Part shown: positions 1 through 9,586 of the stretch, in pieces
Layout: each line of letters opens with the position of its first letter
Numbering within the stretch: position 1 is the stretch's first letter
From: a virus
Lineage: Duplodnaviria > Heunggongvirae > Uroviricota > Caudoviricetes
IMG/VR virus record: IMGVR_UViG_3300020156_000001
Span: 106,321 to 170,320 of that record
Reading direction: 5' to 3' (one strand)
Length of the DNA stretch: 64,000 bases
Notes under the pieces: model-generated
What the model was told of the DNA's origin: nothing
Databases searched by the model: none
Seen by the model: the letters and a program-made list of their open reading frames with translations, nothing else
Translations under genes and position numbers: made by a program

Positions 1-19
1 TGGTGTCAACCAATTCTGG

Positions 20-670
20 TTACAGGGAAAGCTTCATAAGCATGAGGCGTTGGAAGATATCCTTGGTCATGCGGCAGCATTGCTCACCATTTTTCAAGCG
101 AGTTTCGTATTGGTGCAATTTCTTTTCAGTCTTCATGTTGGTCACATAAATCATACCAACTTTGGAAATCTTAGTCACGTGGCCAAAGCTCATCTGACCC
201 CAAGCGTTGGTATAAGCGACAAAATCGTCCAACTCAATCACATCGCCCATGATATCCGTAAACACGTACTTGGGCTTGGCTTCCTTGGTCTTAAAGTTCC
301 AAACCTTTGGGCCCGTATAATCGGGCAACCAGTTGAATCCAGCCTTTGGTAGCGCCATTTTTGTGGACTTACCATCTTGGAAACTTACGGTAAAATTATC
401 GTCCAGCAGTGTGCTTCCGTAGGAATATTTGTTCTTAGGGCGAGCATGCCAGTTTGTACGGTCTTCATCAGTAAGACCAAAGGGAACGATAATTCCAATT
501 GAACCACAACGAGCAGAATCCGGATCTGTAACTTCAATCCACACGGTTTGCGTTGGATCCCAAAGTGCTTCAGTAAAAGCTTTGAATTCCTTTTCGCACG
601 CATACGTGTACCATGTATCGTAGATTTTGATCTTGCGTGGTGCTGCTGGTGCTGCTGGTGTTGTGGACAT
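20..670 (-). CDS. Hypothetical phage protein, paralog family A (C-terminal SH3/KOW-like module)
   Basis: 216-aa ORF; shares motifs with 11265, 15994 and 43857 ORFs; ends LMLMKLSL. Confidence 0.8.
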   Translation of the reverse strand: MSTTPAAPAAPRKIKIYDTWYTYACEKEFKAFTEALWDPTQTVWIEVTDPDSARCGSIGIIVPFGLTDEDRTNWHARPKNKYSYGSTLLDDNFTVSFQDGKSTKMALPKAGFNWLPDYTGPKVWNFKTKEAKPKYVFTDIMGDVIELDDFVAYTNAWGQMSFGHVTKISKVGMIYVTNMKTEKKLHQYETRLKNGEQCCRMTKDIFQRLMLMKLSL

Positions 671-726
671 TTTGAACTCCGTTAAAACTTTACCTAGTTT
701 TAATGGAGAGGTACTCTGGACGTCAA

Positions 727-753
727 TAAAAAGGACGGAAAAACCGTCCTTTT
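727..753. terminator. Bidirectional terminator-like hairpin
   Basis: AAAAGGACGG-AAAAA-CCGTCCTTTT between minus-strand genes. Confidence 0.6.
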
Positions 754-841
754 TGGTGCTCCCATCCGGAATCGAACCGAATTATCCGGATTACAAAACC
801 GGCGCATCACCATTTATGCTTTGGGAGCATTATCTTACGTT

Positions 842-1627
842 TTATTTATGCCTGCGCCACTTTGCTTTTAACTCTTCCAAAGTTTCCCATTGAACATTTT
901 GAATATTTTCAACCATTGGATCGTTGATAAAATCAGCCTTTGACAGCTTTGCTCGGAACAAAGCGTCTTTTTCCTCCGGATCATTAAAAGCAAATGGCGA
1001 TTTGGAAATCAACGCTAACATAGAAAATGCTATTGGTTTCTCAATCTCCAGTCTGCTATCGTCGCTGAGAATCACATCCAGAATCTGTGCTTTGACTTCA
1101 TCCATAACTGAGTCAAGAGCTTCGCCGAAAATGTCCAAGAGAATAAGATCATCCTCTTGAAGATCATCCAATTTTAACAGTTGCTGGTACAAATAAAACG
1201 GCGATAATGTGCCCATCATTTTACGGTAACGGAACATTGGAGCAGTTTCATACCGTTCCATACCCATGCGTAAAAAGCTGTTGAGGTATATTAGAGCATT
1301 TGCAATTGCCCCAATATAATAGGGTGGATTTACCGTATGGTGATATAAATGGTTTACCACATAGTCACGGTTGCTGGGCCGCGCTGATGATCCCAAGCAA
1401 AATCTGACAGGATCTCTACGTCCAGCTTTTGCTGCGGCATCTTGTAGCGCCTGACGTTGTGCGACTGATCCATCCATCCAAGCTTTTTTTCGAGCTATAG
1501 CACGAGCATTTTTATAACGACGTGGCTCGTCCTTTCTAGGTTTGATTAAAAGCTCCACAATCTCATAACGGGCATCATAGTCGCCGCTACGAACACGGTT
1601 TAACAATTTGTTAAGTGGCTTTACCAT
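842..1627 (-). CDS. Hypothetical protein
   Basis: 261-aa ORF tightly packed with upstream ORF. Confidence 0.75.
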   Translation of the reverse strand: MVKPLNKLLNRVRSGDYDARYEIVELLIKPRKDEPRRYKNARAIARKKAWMDGSVAQRQALQDAAAKAGRRDPVRFCLGSSARPSNRDYVVNHLYHHTVNPPYYIGAIANALIYLNSFLRMGMERYETAPMFRYRKMMGTLSPFYLYQQLLKLDDLQEDDLILLDIFGEALDSVMDEVKAQILDVILSDDSRLEIEKPIAFSMLALISKSPFAFNDPEEKDALFRAKLSKADFINDPMVENIQNVQWETLEELKAKWRRHK

Positions 1628-2079
1628 CAGCTTGCCAACTTTCCGATCATAAACAAACGAGCCGCTTCTTGCGGCACAACAATGGGTTCCTCAAGTTGTC
1701 TCACAGCGTTGGTGATCATCATATACGACATGAATATGCGATCATCGTCAAGCATCCAAGGATAGCTGCTTATGAGGGAGAAATACTTTCGGATAAACTT
1801 CCTAAACTTTCTGTCCGCAACATGCGCGTTGGGTAACAATTGTCTGGCCAACTTAACGTCTTTGCCCTGGAGTGCCTGATCCACATTGTGCATCATGATC
1901 ACATAAGTGGAAGTGATATTCAGCGCATTACAAACGATATGGTAGCCGCGAGTTCTTGCAAGCTTGTGACAAAAGTCCTTTGGATACGCCCAAAAACTTA
2001 TCATATCCCCTGGCATAGAATCGAAATTGCAAAAACGATACTTTGTGTCCAGGATATATTTGAGCTTTTCGGGCTTCAC
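1627..2079 (-). CDS. Hypothetical protein
   Basis: 150 aa, GTG start with AGGA RBS, overlaps next start. Confidence 0.7.
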   Translation of the reverse strand: MKPEKLKYILDTKYRFCNFDSMPGDMISFWAYPKDFCHKLARTRGYHIVCNALNITSTYVIMMHNVDQALQGKDVKLARQLLPNAHVADRKFRKFIRKYFSLISSYPWMLDDDRIFMSYMMITNAVRQLEEPIVVPQEAARLFMIGKLAS

Positions 2080-2082
2080 GAG

Positions 2083-2523
2083 CTAGTTCCTACCCAGCTT
2101 TGCCGTGAGAATTCGCGCCGTGATATGCTTGCCGATCTCAAAGTGGAAGCCCATTTCACGCGAGATTTCCGCAATGCTCAGGAGAACCATGATCCGACCT
2201 TCATCCTTTTCCGGATCAAACATGTTCAAGTTGAGCTCAGCAACACGGAAGATATGGCAAACATATCGTTCCATGCGCGAGTACATCTGTGCGTATGCGG
2301 TCTTCACACGTTCGTCGGCTTCATCCTTGTACAGGTGCTTGTAACGGGAAAGCTCCATAAAAGGCTCATAAAGCTTGAGAAACTTTCCTGGGCCCATATC
2401 GCTGTCGCGCACATCCGTGGGAATCTTTTCCATCACATAGTTGATCCGGCCAATAGCGGAATCAATGCGATTGCGTTCGGCAGCATCCAAACGGGCAAAA
2501 TGATCCATTTGCTTTCGTGCCAT
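2083..2523 (-). CDS. Hypothetical protein
   Basis: 146 aa; TAG stop in frame with 1627..2079. Confidence 0.7.
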   Translation of the reverse strand: MARKQMDHFARLDAAERNRIDSAIGRINYVMEKIPTDVRDSDMGPGKFLKLYEPFMELSRYKHLYKDEADERVKTAYAQMYSRMERYVCHIFRVAELNLNMFDPEKDEGRIMVLLSIAEISREMGFHFEIGKHITARILTAKLGRN

Positions 2524-3041
2524 TATGAGAACTCCAACTCGTTGGCATCATGCAGCTTGGCCCAAAAACGGCGCTTGCCCTTTAAGCCTTTGCCCGGATT
2601 GAATCGAGGATCTGGGCTGCTGATAATGTTGAATGTAATTGAGGAAAAATCGGCCATACCCTTGCGGATATAAATCCGATCAACCTTTAGCTGAGTGCCC
2701 GTGGGAATGGTGATCGTTACCGTTGGCAGATTGCTAGACAAACCAGTATAGGTTTCATACGCCAACATCTCTGCCTTATGTTCGGGCGAGTTCTTCCAGC
2801 GGTCCCAATCAAACCCATTCATCATACGGCGCCGCTTATCATAGTTTTCCCTATGAAGGGTTTCATATGCTTGAAACGCATCATTGAGGATCCGCTTGTG
2901 TGCGCGAACCATAGGATTAGAGTCACCGCTTACTGCATCCCACATTGTTTGATTGCGCGACTCATCATGCAGCGCAAGGGTCCAATCCGCGGACAATGTG
3001 AGAAGTGTTCCAATTTCCGGAACGAAAAGCTTTGACATCAT
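2523..3041 (-). CDS. Hypothetical phage protein
   Basis: 172 aa, GGAGATC RBS behind early promoter. Confidence 0.75.
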   Translation of the reverse strand: MMSKLFVPEIGTLLTLSADWTLALHDESRNQTMWDAVSGDSNPMVRAHKRILNDAFQAYETLHRENYDKRRRMMNGFDWDRWKNSPEHKAEMLAYETYTGLSSNLPTVTITIPTGTQLKVDRIYIRKGMADFSSITFNIISSPDPRFNPGKGLKGKRRFWAKLHDANELEFS

Positions 3042-3060
3042 GATCTCCTATATCAGCATA

Positions 3061-3090
3061 AATCTAACATAGGAACCAGTGTTGTCAACC
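3061..3090 (-). promoter_or_regulatory. sigma70-type early promoter (representative copy of a repeated motif)
   Basis: GGTTGACA-ACACTGG-TTCCTATGTTAGATT; similar copies near 13117, 16851, 23521, 24333, 27768, 28241, 50096, 62071. Confidence 0.7.
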
Positions 3091-3512
3091 TACAAGCAAA
3101 GCTTTTTGTGCATCAGTATTTTCTTGAGCTCATCGGAAAGCTCATACTTAAAGCCGGCTTGATCCATCAACTTTAGTGTATCAAGTAGAGCAACCGCACG
3201 GCGATCGTTTTTGAATTCCATTGGAAATTTGTTGCAGATGTGAACAAAGTGAACAGCATGAGATTCAAGCTTGCCGCGAAGCGCATCATACGCTTCCATC
3301 ACATGCTTATTGGTTTCTTTACCAATTTGATTTTGATAGCCAGCGAATTGTTCATAGGGATTTGATCCACCTATGGTGTGGCGAATCATACCCTTCTTTG
3401 AAGTGTAGCGGAGGTTTGCTCCAATCTCTCGGAGATAAGCGATTACATTCTGCGCACGGCGGATTTCATATTGCGAAGGCTGCTGGTAGCAAACGTTATC
3501 GAAGGCCATCAC
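3090..3512 (-). CDS. Hypothetical protein
   Basis: 140-aa ORF in packed run. Confidence 0.7.
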   Translation of the reverse strand: MMAFDNVCYQQPSQYEIRRAQNVIAYLREIGANLRYTSKKGMIRHTIGGSNPYEQFAGYQNQIGKETNKHVMEAYDALRGKLESHAVHFVHICNKFPMEFKNDRRAVALLDTLKLMDQAGFKYELSDELKKILMHKKLCL

Positions 3513-3810
3513 ACCTCACCCAATCTCCCAAGCGACGGCAAACATTAAGCTCCGCAAGCTTGGCTTCGTATTCCTTTCGGATCTCGCTATAAAGGGAAAC
3601 TTTGATCCAGTTCTGCTCATACTTGCTGGCTTTGATTTCGCCGTCAGCCCAAAGCCAACGAGATTTCCACTTGTCGATTTCAAAGCTGGTTGGAACTTTA
3701 GCTTCAAGGATAAAGGGATCGTGCTGAATTGGCTTTGATGTGTAAAGCCAATCCGCAGAACCCCAACCAATAGCCATAGCACCAGCGATGCCCAACAAAG
3801 TGTTTCTCAT
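3496..3810 (-). CDS. Hypothetical protein with N-terminal hydrophobic segment
   Basis: 104 aa, MRNTLLGIAGAMAIGWG. Confidence 0.65.
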   Translation of the reverse strand: MRNTLLGIAGAMAIGWGSADWLYTSKPIQHDPFILEAKVPTSFEIDKWKSRWLWADGEIKASKYEQNWIKVSLYSEIRKEYEAKLAELNVCRRLGDWVRCDGLR

Positions 3811-3998
3811 GACCGCCCCATTTGCCTTACAATATCACTAACGATAACATCGTTTGGCGTGAGTTTGAGCAGCTTCAGAGCTTGATGCACAAAAAAATCT
3901 TTGGATCGGCCCATCCCAACATCGGGATAGGCATTATCCAAAGACTCCAGCAACTCTGCAATTATGAGAGTGGCTTCGCTTGCGTCAACGGTTTTCAC
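3807..3998 (-). CDS. Hypothetical protein
   Basis: 63 aa, ATGA overlap with next gene. Confidence 0.6.
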   Translation of the reverse strand: MKTVDASEATLIIAELLESLDNAYPDVGMGRSKDFFVHQALKLLKLTPNDVIVSDIVRQMGRS

Positions 3999-4446
3999 TG
4001 GGGCTCACTGACCGAGGTGTTTCACTGCCGTTGGAAAAGTATCGACCGCTGCGGATTACCGGCGGAACGCACATCCGTTCCGTGTCGGCCATGCAGATTC
4101 TAGCCGGATTGGAACCATGTGAGAATGAACCGCCGCTGCTATGGCTGGAGCCAACAATGCAGCGAACCCACTGCTTATAGTTGGCTGGCAGCAAGCTTTG
4201 GCACCAGCCGCGCTGTTCGAGGATCTTGGAAAGTGCCGTGCGATTCATACATGCGGGAATTATTTCGCCGGTGAGATTGGCACTGCATGTGGCATCCATG
4301 TCCGCGTGAAGCGCGATAACATCCTGCGTGGGCATGTCGTGCGTGATTTCCTGCAGTGTGCGGGCTTCTGCGATTGCAGCACCAACGCTTGCAAACATGC
4401 CGGCTATTGCAAAAAGACGAATTCGTTCAAACTTACTTCTTGCCAT
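3985..4446 (-). CDS. Putative exported Cys-containing protein
   Basis: 153 aa, signal-like N-terminus, several Cys. Confidence 0.6.
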   Translation of the reverse strand: MARSKFERIRLFAIAGMFASVGAAIAEARTLQEITHDMPTQDVIALHADMDATCSANLTGEIIPACMNRTALSKILEQRGWCQSLLPANYKQWVRCIVGSSHSSGGSFSHGSNPARICMADTERMCVPPVIRSGRYFSNGSETPRSVSPSENR

Positions 4447-4597
4447 TTCTCGATCTCCAGTTGTGACTAGGAGTATCCTTTACATGGCATTACCAGTTTG
4501 TCAACCAGGTAAAAAGAAGTGGATGGACCTGAGGGGGACCATCCACTCTCCCTTGGATATCAACGGCCGGGTGTAACAGCCGTCTCAACCAAAGTTT

Positions 4598-5275
4598 TTA
4601 CCAGCGAGACGTACCAACGCCGGAGCTACCCGTGGAATACGAAGAACCAGTGTGCGAGAATCCTGCACTACCGTTACCAGTAATGCCGGTCTTACCGGAA
4701 AACGTACCGCTCGTGGAACCTACTGCGGTTGTGCCGGAACCGCTGGTCGAACCAGCCAAGTTTGACTGGCTAAAGCCAAAATCAGCAGTTCCCTTTGAAG
4801 TGTAAGTTCCCGATGCAGCGTTATCGCCAGTACCGGACTGCCAGCTGGTACCGTTACCGGAGATCCCAGTTCCTGTACTAGCAAAGCCACTACCCTGGGC
4901 GCCATCGCTGAAGCCCGGGCCGTTAGTAAACGCATTTGCATTGCCGCCAACGCTTGCTGCGCCGTTTGTGCCATAGGACTTGCTTGTGCCGTAGCCAACG
5001 TGATCACGAACCTGAGAGTTCGAGCTTACATCGCCGCTTGCGCCAGCTTCAAAGCCGGACTGACCAGCACCGTAGAACGAGCTGTTCTTACCACCAGTAA
5101 AGCTGTTGGATGGATTGTTGCTATTGCCGCTGGCAAAGCCGCCATTGCCGTTTGACCATGTGCCACCCGACTGGCTGCCCCAAGAACCGCTTGATCCGCC
5201 TGTGTCAAAGGACTGAGCAGAGGCTACGCCAGACATCAGCCCAAGCACTGCAAATGCCAAAATCATCTTTTTCAT
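4598..5275 (-). CDS. Secreted Gly/Ser/Asn-rich low-complexity protein
   Basis: MKKMILAFAVLGLMSGVASA signal peptide, then G/S/T/N-rich body; start set at RBS-supported ATG. Confidence 0.75.
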   Translation of the reverse strand: MKKMILAFAVLGLMSGVASAQSFDTGGSSGSWGSQSGGTWSNGNGGFASGNSNNPSNSFTGGKNSSFYGAGQSGFEAGASGDVSSNSQVRDHVGYGTSKSYGTNGAASVGGNANAFTNGPGFSDGAQGSGFASTGTGISGNGTSWQSGTGDNAASGTYTSKGTADFGFSQSNLAGSTSGSGTTAVGSTSGTFSGKTGITGNGSAGFSHTGSSYSTGSSGVGTSRW

Positions 5276-5373
5276 TGTTTCGATCTCCATTGTTCAACGA
5301 CTTTTCAAGTCGAGTGGAAGTGGTCCACCATACTCCTGTCCTTCACGGGGACAGGAGAGAACTAGGCCACCGG

Positions 5374-6060
5374 TTAGTTCAAGCGATAATCTTTGAATTG
5401 ACCAGGCTTGCTACCCACTACACGGGCAAACGGAACACCATCACGCTTCATGTATCGTACGTTATCACGCTTCGAAGCCGGAAGTATCGGAAGACGATCC
5501 ACATAAGAGGACTGCTTCGTCGAAGCATTCATTGTTCTTTCCGCACTTGCGAAAAGTGGCCGGGAATTAGTAGCGTATGCAGCTACACGATCGCCTGAAG
5601 GACGATCATATCGAACCATACGTGGACTATCGCCACAGTCTAGACCTGCACGTCGCATTGCACTGCCTGGCATATCGATGTCGCAAGCAATATAGTGGGC
5701 TGCACGTAGATATCGACGATCACCAGTAGCAGCAGCCATTGCACCCATTGTGCTGATCCAGCTGCGACCATTACAGTCTTCGTCTTTTCGTGTTGTACCG
5801 AACGAAATGCCGATACCTGTTACTGAACCACCACCGCTTGCCGATTGGGCGCAAACAATTGATCCCGCTGCAAGCCCTGGGGCAATAGCTGATGGAGTAG
5901 TGTGAACCCGTGTATTACGGGGAATATCTGCACCATACGTGCTAACACCAACATTGACGTTATTGTTAGCATTTGATCCAGCTGACGAAGTTTGTGCCAT
6001 AGCTTGGCCTGAAACCAAAGCAATTGCGGACGCAAACAATGCGATTTTAAGAGTTTTCAT
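5374..6060 (-). CDS. Putative secreted protein
   Basis: MKTLKIALFASAIALVSGQAMA signal peptide; Cys-containing core. Confidence 0.75.
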   Translation of the reverse strand: MKTLKIALFASAIALVSGQAMAQTSSAGSNANNNVNVGVSTYGADIPRNTRVHTTPSAIAPGLAAGSIVCAQSASGGGSVTGIGISFGTTRKDEDCNGRSWISTMGAMAAATGDRRYLRAAHYIACDIDMPGSAMRRAGLDCGDSPRMVRYDRPSGDRVAAYATNSRPLFASAERTMNASTKQSSYVDRLPILPASKRDNVRYMKRDGVPFARVVGSKPGQFKDYRLN

Positions 6061-6393
6061 GTTCGATCTTCCCTCAGGTTAGGCCACTGTTGCGGGCCCT
6101 TTACAACGCTATACTAAAGCTTACTGAGGATATACTTGCTGTCCCACTTTCCATCCCCTGCAAGTAGCCGCATAATTGCTAATAAAATGTGCATTGTCAA
6201 ACGACATTACTGGTAAAACCATAGCATTTTCGTTTAGGACTTGGCACATCAACAAAAACATGATGTTGTATAGTTAATATATTAGGAAAAACTTGCGTAT
6301 TGTTAATTGCAAAGCGTTTTACTTCGCTAAAGCAATAAAATTACGACATCCGTATAGCGGGCGCAAAAAAGTTTTATGAAACCGTTGATATGG

Positions 6394-6417
6394 AAAAAGC
6401 TCCCTCGTGGGAGCTTT
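6394..6417 (-). terminator. Intrinsic terminator after tRNA-Ser
   Basis: AAAAGCTCCC-ACGA-GGGAGCTTTTT on minus strand. Confidence 0.75.
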
Positions 6418-6505
6418 TGGCGGGCGCCTGAGGATTCGAACCCCATCCCTTGCGGGACCATCAGTTTTCAAGACTGCGCTTGTAACCCGTACAAGCTAAA
6501 CGCCC
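6418..6505 (-). tRNA. tRNA-Ser(UGA)
   Basis: Cloverleaf, loop CTTGAAA, long variable arm, GCCA end. Confidence 0.9.
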
Positions 6506-6552
6506 AAATCAGGGGAAGCAGCTTTCCTTCCCCTGAGCATCGTTCAGGTCTT

Positions 6553-6653
6553 TGGCACCTGCCCCGAACCGGATTCGAACCGATCCAGCCGTCGGAATCG
6601 AACCGATAGCTCACCTAAAGTGGAGTTCCAAACCCCAAAGCACCGCGTGTGCT
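6553..6653 (-). ncRNA. tRNA-like RNA with two tandem T-arm hairpins
   Basis: TCGG-TTCGATT-CCGA and ATCGG-TTCGAAT-CCGGT; ends GCCA. Confidence 0.45.
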
Positions 6654-6657
6654 AGAT

Positions 6658-6780
6658 TTAAACGTTGTTACGACCAATACGTGAAAAGCCAGTGATCTTG
6701 CGAATCTCTTTTGAGATTGCCTTTTCCTTTTTACGCTGAGCTTTTTGCTCGGGCGTTAGCTTTTTACGTTTTTGTTTCAT
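6658..6780 (-). CDS. Small basic hypothetical protein
   Basis: MKQKRKKLTPEQK..., 40 aa; longer track ORF overlaps a tRNA. Confidence 0.5.
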   Translation of the reverse strand: MKQKRKKLTPEQKAQRKKEKAISKEIRKITGFSRIGRNNV

Positions 6781-6789
6781 AGCAAACCT

Positions 6790-6877
6790 TGGAGGACGGC
6801 TGAGGAATCGAACCCCCGGCCTTTCGGCCCCATCTGATTTCGAATCAGTGACCGTAACCCGTACGGCTGAACCATCC
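6790..6877 (-). tRNA. tRNA-Ser(CGA)
   Basis: Loop TTCGAAA, long variable arm, CCA. Confidence 0.9.
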
Positions 6878-6899
6878 ATCAAGCTTATTTATAACGTGC

Positions 6900-7349
6900 T
6901 TAGAAGAAGGTGTCAAGAACGGCGTTTGGCTTTACGGCAAGAATTTCATCAGTGGATGTGATTGGAACAAAGCGGTCCATAGAAACCATGTTATCATCCC
7001 TCACATATGTTCCGATTTGTGTGACAAAATCGGACATAGCCAGGCGAAACATTGAAATGTCGCGAACCGACGTAAAGCATACGGGTATCTCTTCACCTAA
7101 GCTTTTTGAACTTTCTTCCCAGTCACCAATCTGATCAAACACATCATACATAAAGATAGGCAGCAAACACATGCCTTCGGTACGATGGAGTAGATGATCA
7201 AGCATTGCATCAAAATGTGGACGATTTTTATCCAATAGGATTTCGTCGTTGACTAAAGCGGAAACAACAAACTGGTCACTGGCCCGAGCCTTGCTGAAAT
7301 AGCCGGTATTGGTTTCACCAGTGGCCGCGTACCGTTCAAAGACTAGCAT
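6900..7349 (-). CDS. Hypothetical protein
   Basis: 149-aa ORF. Confidence 0.7.
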   Translation of the reverse strand: MLVFERYAATGETNTGYFSKARASDQFVVSALVNDEILLDKNRPHFDAMLDHLLHRTEGMCLLPIFMYDVFDQIGDWEESSKSLGEEIPVCFTSVRDISMFRLAMSDFVTQIGTYVRDDNMVSMDRFVPITSTDEILAVKPNAVLDTFF

Positions 7350-7548
7350 TGTAATCCCGCTTGATTTCCATCAGCAAAAAGAACAAAAGTATCGGCCATA
7401 CTAGGACGAATACAAAGTAGGACCACCACTGAAATCCAAACAGTGGATATCCATAGCGTTTGATGTTATAGGCGTTCCACCACTTTTGAAGGAGCAGGGT
7501 AATTGCTGCACCAGCCAGATAAAGCAGAACACAATCAAACAGCGTCAT
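7336..7548 (-). CDS. Small membrane protein
   Basis: 70 aa, two hydrophobic segments. Confidence 0.65.
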   Translation of the reverse strand: MTLFDCVLLYLAGAAITLLLQKWWNAYNIKRYGYPLFGFQWWSYFVFVLVWPILLFFLLMEIKRDYNASL

Positions 7549-7809
7549 CCAAGCACCGTACCCATAATCAGGCCAGTTACCGAGATCATAAACCCGCTGG
7601 CCAGTGTTGCGCGGAAAAGAAACTTTACTTCTTCAGACATTTCAACTCATGCAAATTGTGCGACGTATTGCAGTTCTAATACTGCATGATCGGCTACCGC
7701 GTCAATCCTCTCTTCAGCTTCTTCGGGTGTTTCTTCCCGCTTCTGCTCAATTAGCATCCGCCGCTGCTCAAGACCAAGCTTGCGACGATATGCTTCCATT
7801 ACCTGTGAT

Positions 7810-8028
7810 TCAGTTATCATTTACAATCTCCGCACAAACCAAACGTTTTGTGCCATGCTCTCGGACTAGTACGGAATGTTGTGGACAATTAGACCGTTGG
7901 GCTTCATTGTCGCGCCAACCCAAATAAAGGGCACCCGCTAAAAGCGCGGCACCAGCAAGAATACCTAATCCGGAAATGATTTCGTTTTGAATTACGAGCT
8001 TTCTAGACAAAGCTTCATTATCATCCAT
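7810..8028 (-). CDS. Small membrane protein, TM-CP...C family
   Basis: One TM then CP-x15-C. Confidence 0.65.
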   Translation of the reverse strand: MDDNEALSRKLVIQNEIISGLGILAGAALLAGALYLGWRDNEAQRSNCPQHSVLVREHGTKRLVCAEIVNDN

Positions 8029-8374
8029 GTGCTATGGTCCCTTACAGTACAGGAGGTTGGTATGCCGTTCCTGACTATTAGCGGCGTCATGAATAAAATT
8101 CAAATTGTTTGTGGAATAGTTGAAGTAACGCAAAGGCCGGGTTTCCTCTCACTTCCCGGCACCTTGGCCACTAGCCCTCTGGAGGCAGCGCCTGCAAACC
8201 AACAAAGACCGCAAATTCGAGGCGACCTCATCGCTCATTTCCGGAATTTTACGTCCTAGCTTTCCCCGTGGCCTTTGGGTTCCACTAGACCAACTTCGTC
8301 CAATGCGTTACTTCAACTTAGCCCGCATATAGCGGAGTAAGTACCAGTTGTCAACACTGTGAGGTGAAAAAATT

Positions 8375-8450
8375 TGGTGCGGGGTACGGGGTTCGAACCC
8401 GTGACATGCGATTTTAGAGATCGCCGCTCTACCAACTGAGCTAACTCCGC
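8375..8450 (-). tRNA. Amber suppressor tRNA (CUA)
   Basis: GCGAT-CTCTAAA-ATCGC anticodon arm, normal D and T arms, ACCA end. Confidence 0.85.
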
Positions 8451-8467
8451 ATTAGCCGCTTTATATG

Positions 8468-8881
8468 CTAGGCGTCCTGTTTTGTCAACACATCATTTGT
8501 ATCTATGTTGGACAAGTGGATAAGTTTTTCGATAAAGTAGGCAAACGCATGTGGAGCACGAGTATCAAACTGTGCAAGCCCTGTACCAAGCCCAGCCTCT
8601 GGCATTACCACAGTCACACCGCGCCGTAGAAGCTCTTCCACTACGGCTAAGTCGGCGTCAACTATCTCGCATACCGCATCGTATTGATCGTCGGAAAAGT
8701 AAGCCTCAGGTGTTTCCTTAGGAAGCCATTTTGTCCGCACACCTAGCGTGTTGGGTTCATCACGGATAACAGCTTGTCCTTTTTTACCACGGCGCTGATT
8801 GTTGTCACCGAACAAAAAGACCTTATCCGGATGAGCCCGAACAAGGTCCAATGTAACCCACGATTCAGTAATCAGCGGCAT
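8468..8881 (-). CDS. Conserved phage protein (VFLFGDN...GKKGQA motif)
   Basis: 137 aa; motif recalled from phage proteins, function unknown. Confidence 0.7.
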   Translation of the reverse strand: MPLITESWVTLDLVRAHPDKVFLFGDNNQRRGKKGQAVIRDEPNTLGVRTKWLPKETPEAYFSDDQYDAVCEIVDADLAVVEELLRRGVTVVMPEAGLGTGLAQFDTRAPHAFAYFIEKLIHLSNIDTNDVLTKQDA

Positions 8882-9288
8882 TAGGCAACCACACGCATAC
8901 GACCTTCTTCAATGTAACGGGCAATACTCTCAACAAAGTAGCGCTCGTTACGCTTGAATAAACGCCCCAAGGGCGAGCAAAGTTGCATGTCATAGACCTT
9001 GCTTGCGATAAGTCCATCGTTGATTTTTGTGCTGATCGAATCCTTAAGACCCAGAATCATAAAGCACTGATTAGGCTTTACATCGTTCTGCGCGGTGGAA
9101 CCCTTGAGTGTTTCGGAGTCAACCCACTGAACAATGGTTCCAATTGGATACGCATGAAGACTGGCCCGCCATGCTTGGTAAGCATGAAAGTTTACTTTTG
9201 CATTAGGAACGGCCATACATGCGATCCTTTTGTTCCTGTGGGACAACGTTGCCGTTTGAGAAGTAGAGGGTTGGTTCACCCGCAGCAA
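8881..9288 (-). CDS. Hypothetical protein
   Basis: 135-aa ORF. Confidence 0.6.
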   Translation of the reverse strand: MLRVNQPSTSQTATLSHRNKRIACMAVPNAKVNFHAYQAWRASLHAYPIGTIVQWVDSETLKGSTAQNDVKPNQCFMILGLKDSISTKINDGLIASKVYDMQLCSPLGRLFKRNERYFVESIARYIEEGRMRVVA

Positions 9289-9478
9289 CTAGCTGTGTAG
9301 CTTCTGCGCGAGGACAATCTTCACCGCAAAGCGTGCAACAGGGATCCTCATCGGCGATAGAAGGATCTTCAAGTTGATCCTCAAGGCTTTGAAACACTTC
9401 AAGCCCATCATCGGACCCAACTAGCTTATCGTTGCATATTGGGCAGAACCGATAAAAATTTAAATCCTTGGTACTCAT
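9203..9478 (-). CDS. Small Zn-finger-like protein
   Basis: CPIC...CTLC. Confidence 0.6.
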   Translation of the reverse strand: MSTKDLNFYRFCPICNDKLVGSDDGLEVFQSLEDQLEDPSIADEDPCCTLCGEDCPRAEATQLVAAGEPTLYFSNGNVVPQEQKDRMYGRS

Positions 9479-9496
9479 TACAAAACCCTACGTGTT

Positions 9497-9573
9497 TGGT
9501 AGGTGCTCCGGGGCTCGAACCCGGGACCCTCTGCTTAAAAGGCAGATGCTCTAACCAACTGAGCTAAGCACCC
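9497..9573 (-). tRNA. tRNA-Lys(UUU)
   Basis: Loop CTTTTAA, CCA. Confidence 0.92.
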
Positions 9574-9586
9574 ATATTTTACGCTC

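Noticed and set aside
1840-2673. 277-aa plus-strand ORF (also 15934..16863, 40118..40696, 39502..40086)
   Set aside because: Antisense shadows of packed minus-strand genes that have RBSs and paralogs.
8375-8450. Genome-wide TAG recoding
   Set aside because: Genes are intact under code 11 and TAG stops are followed by promoters or RNA genes; only local readthrough remains plausible.
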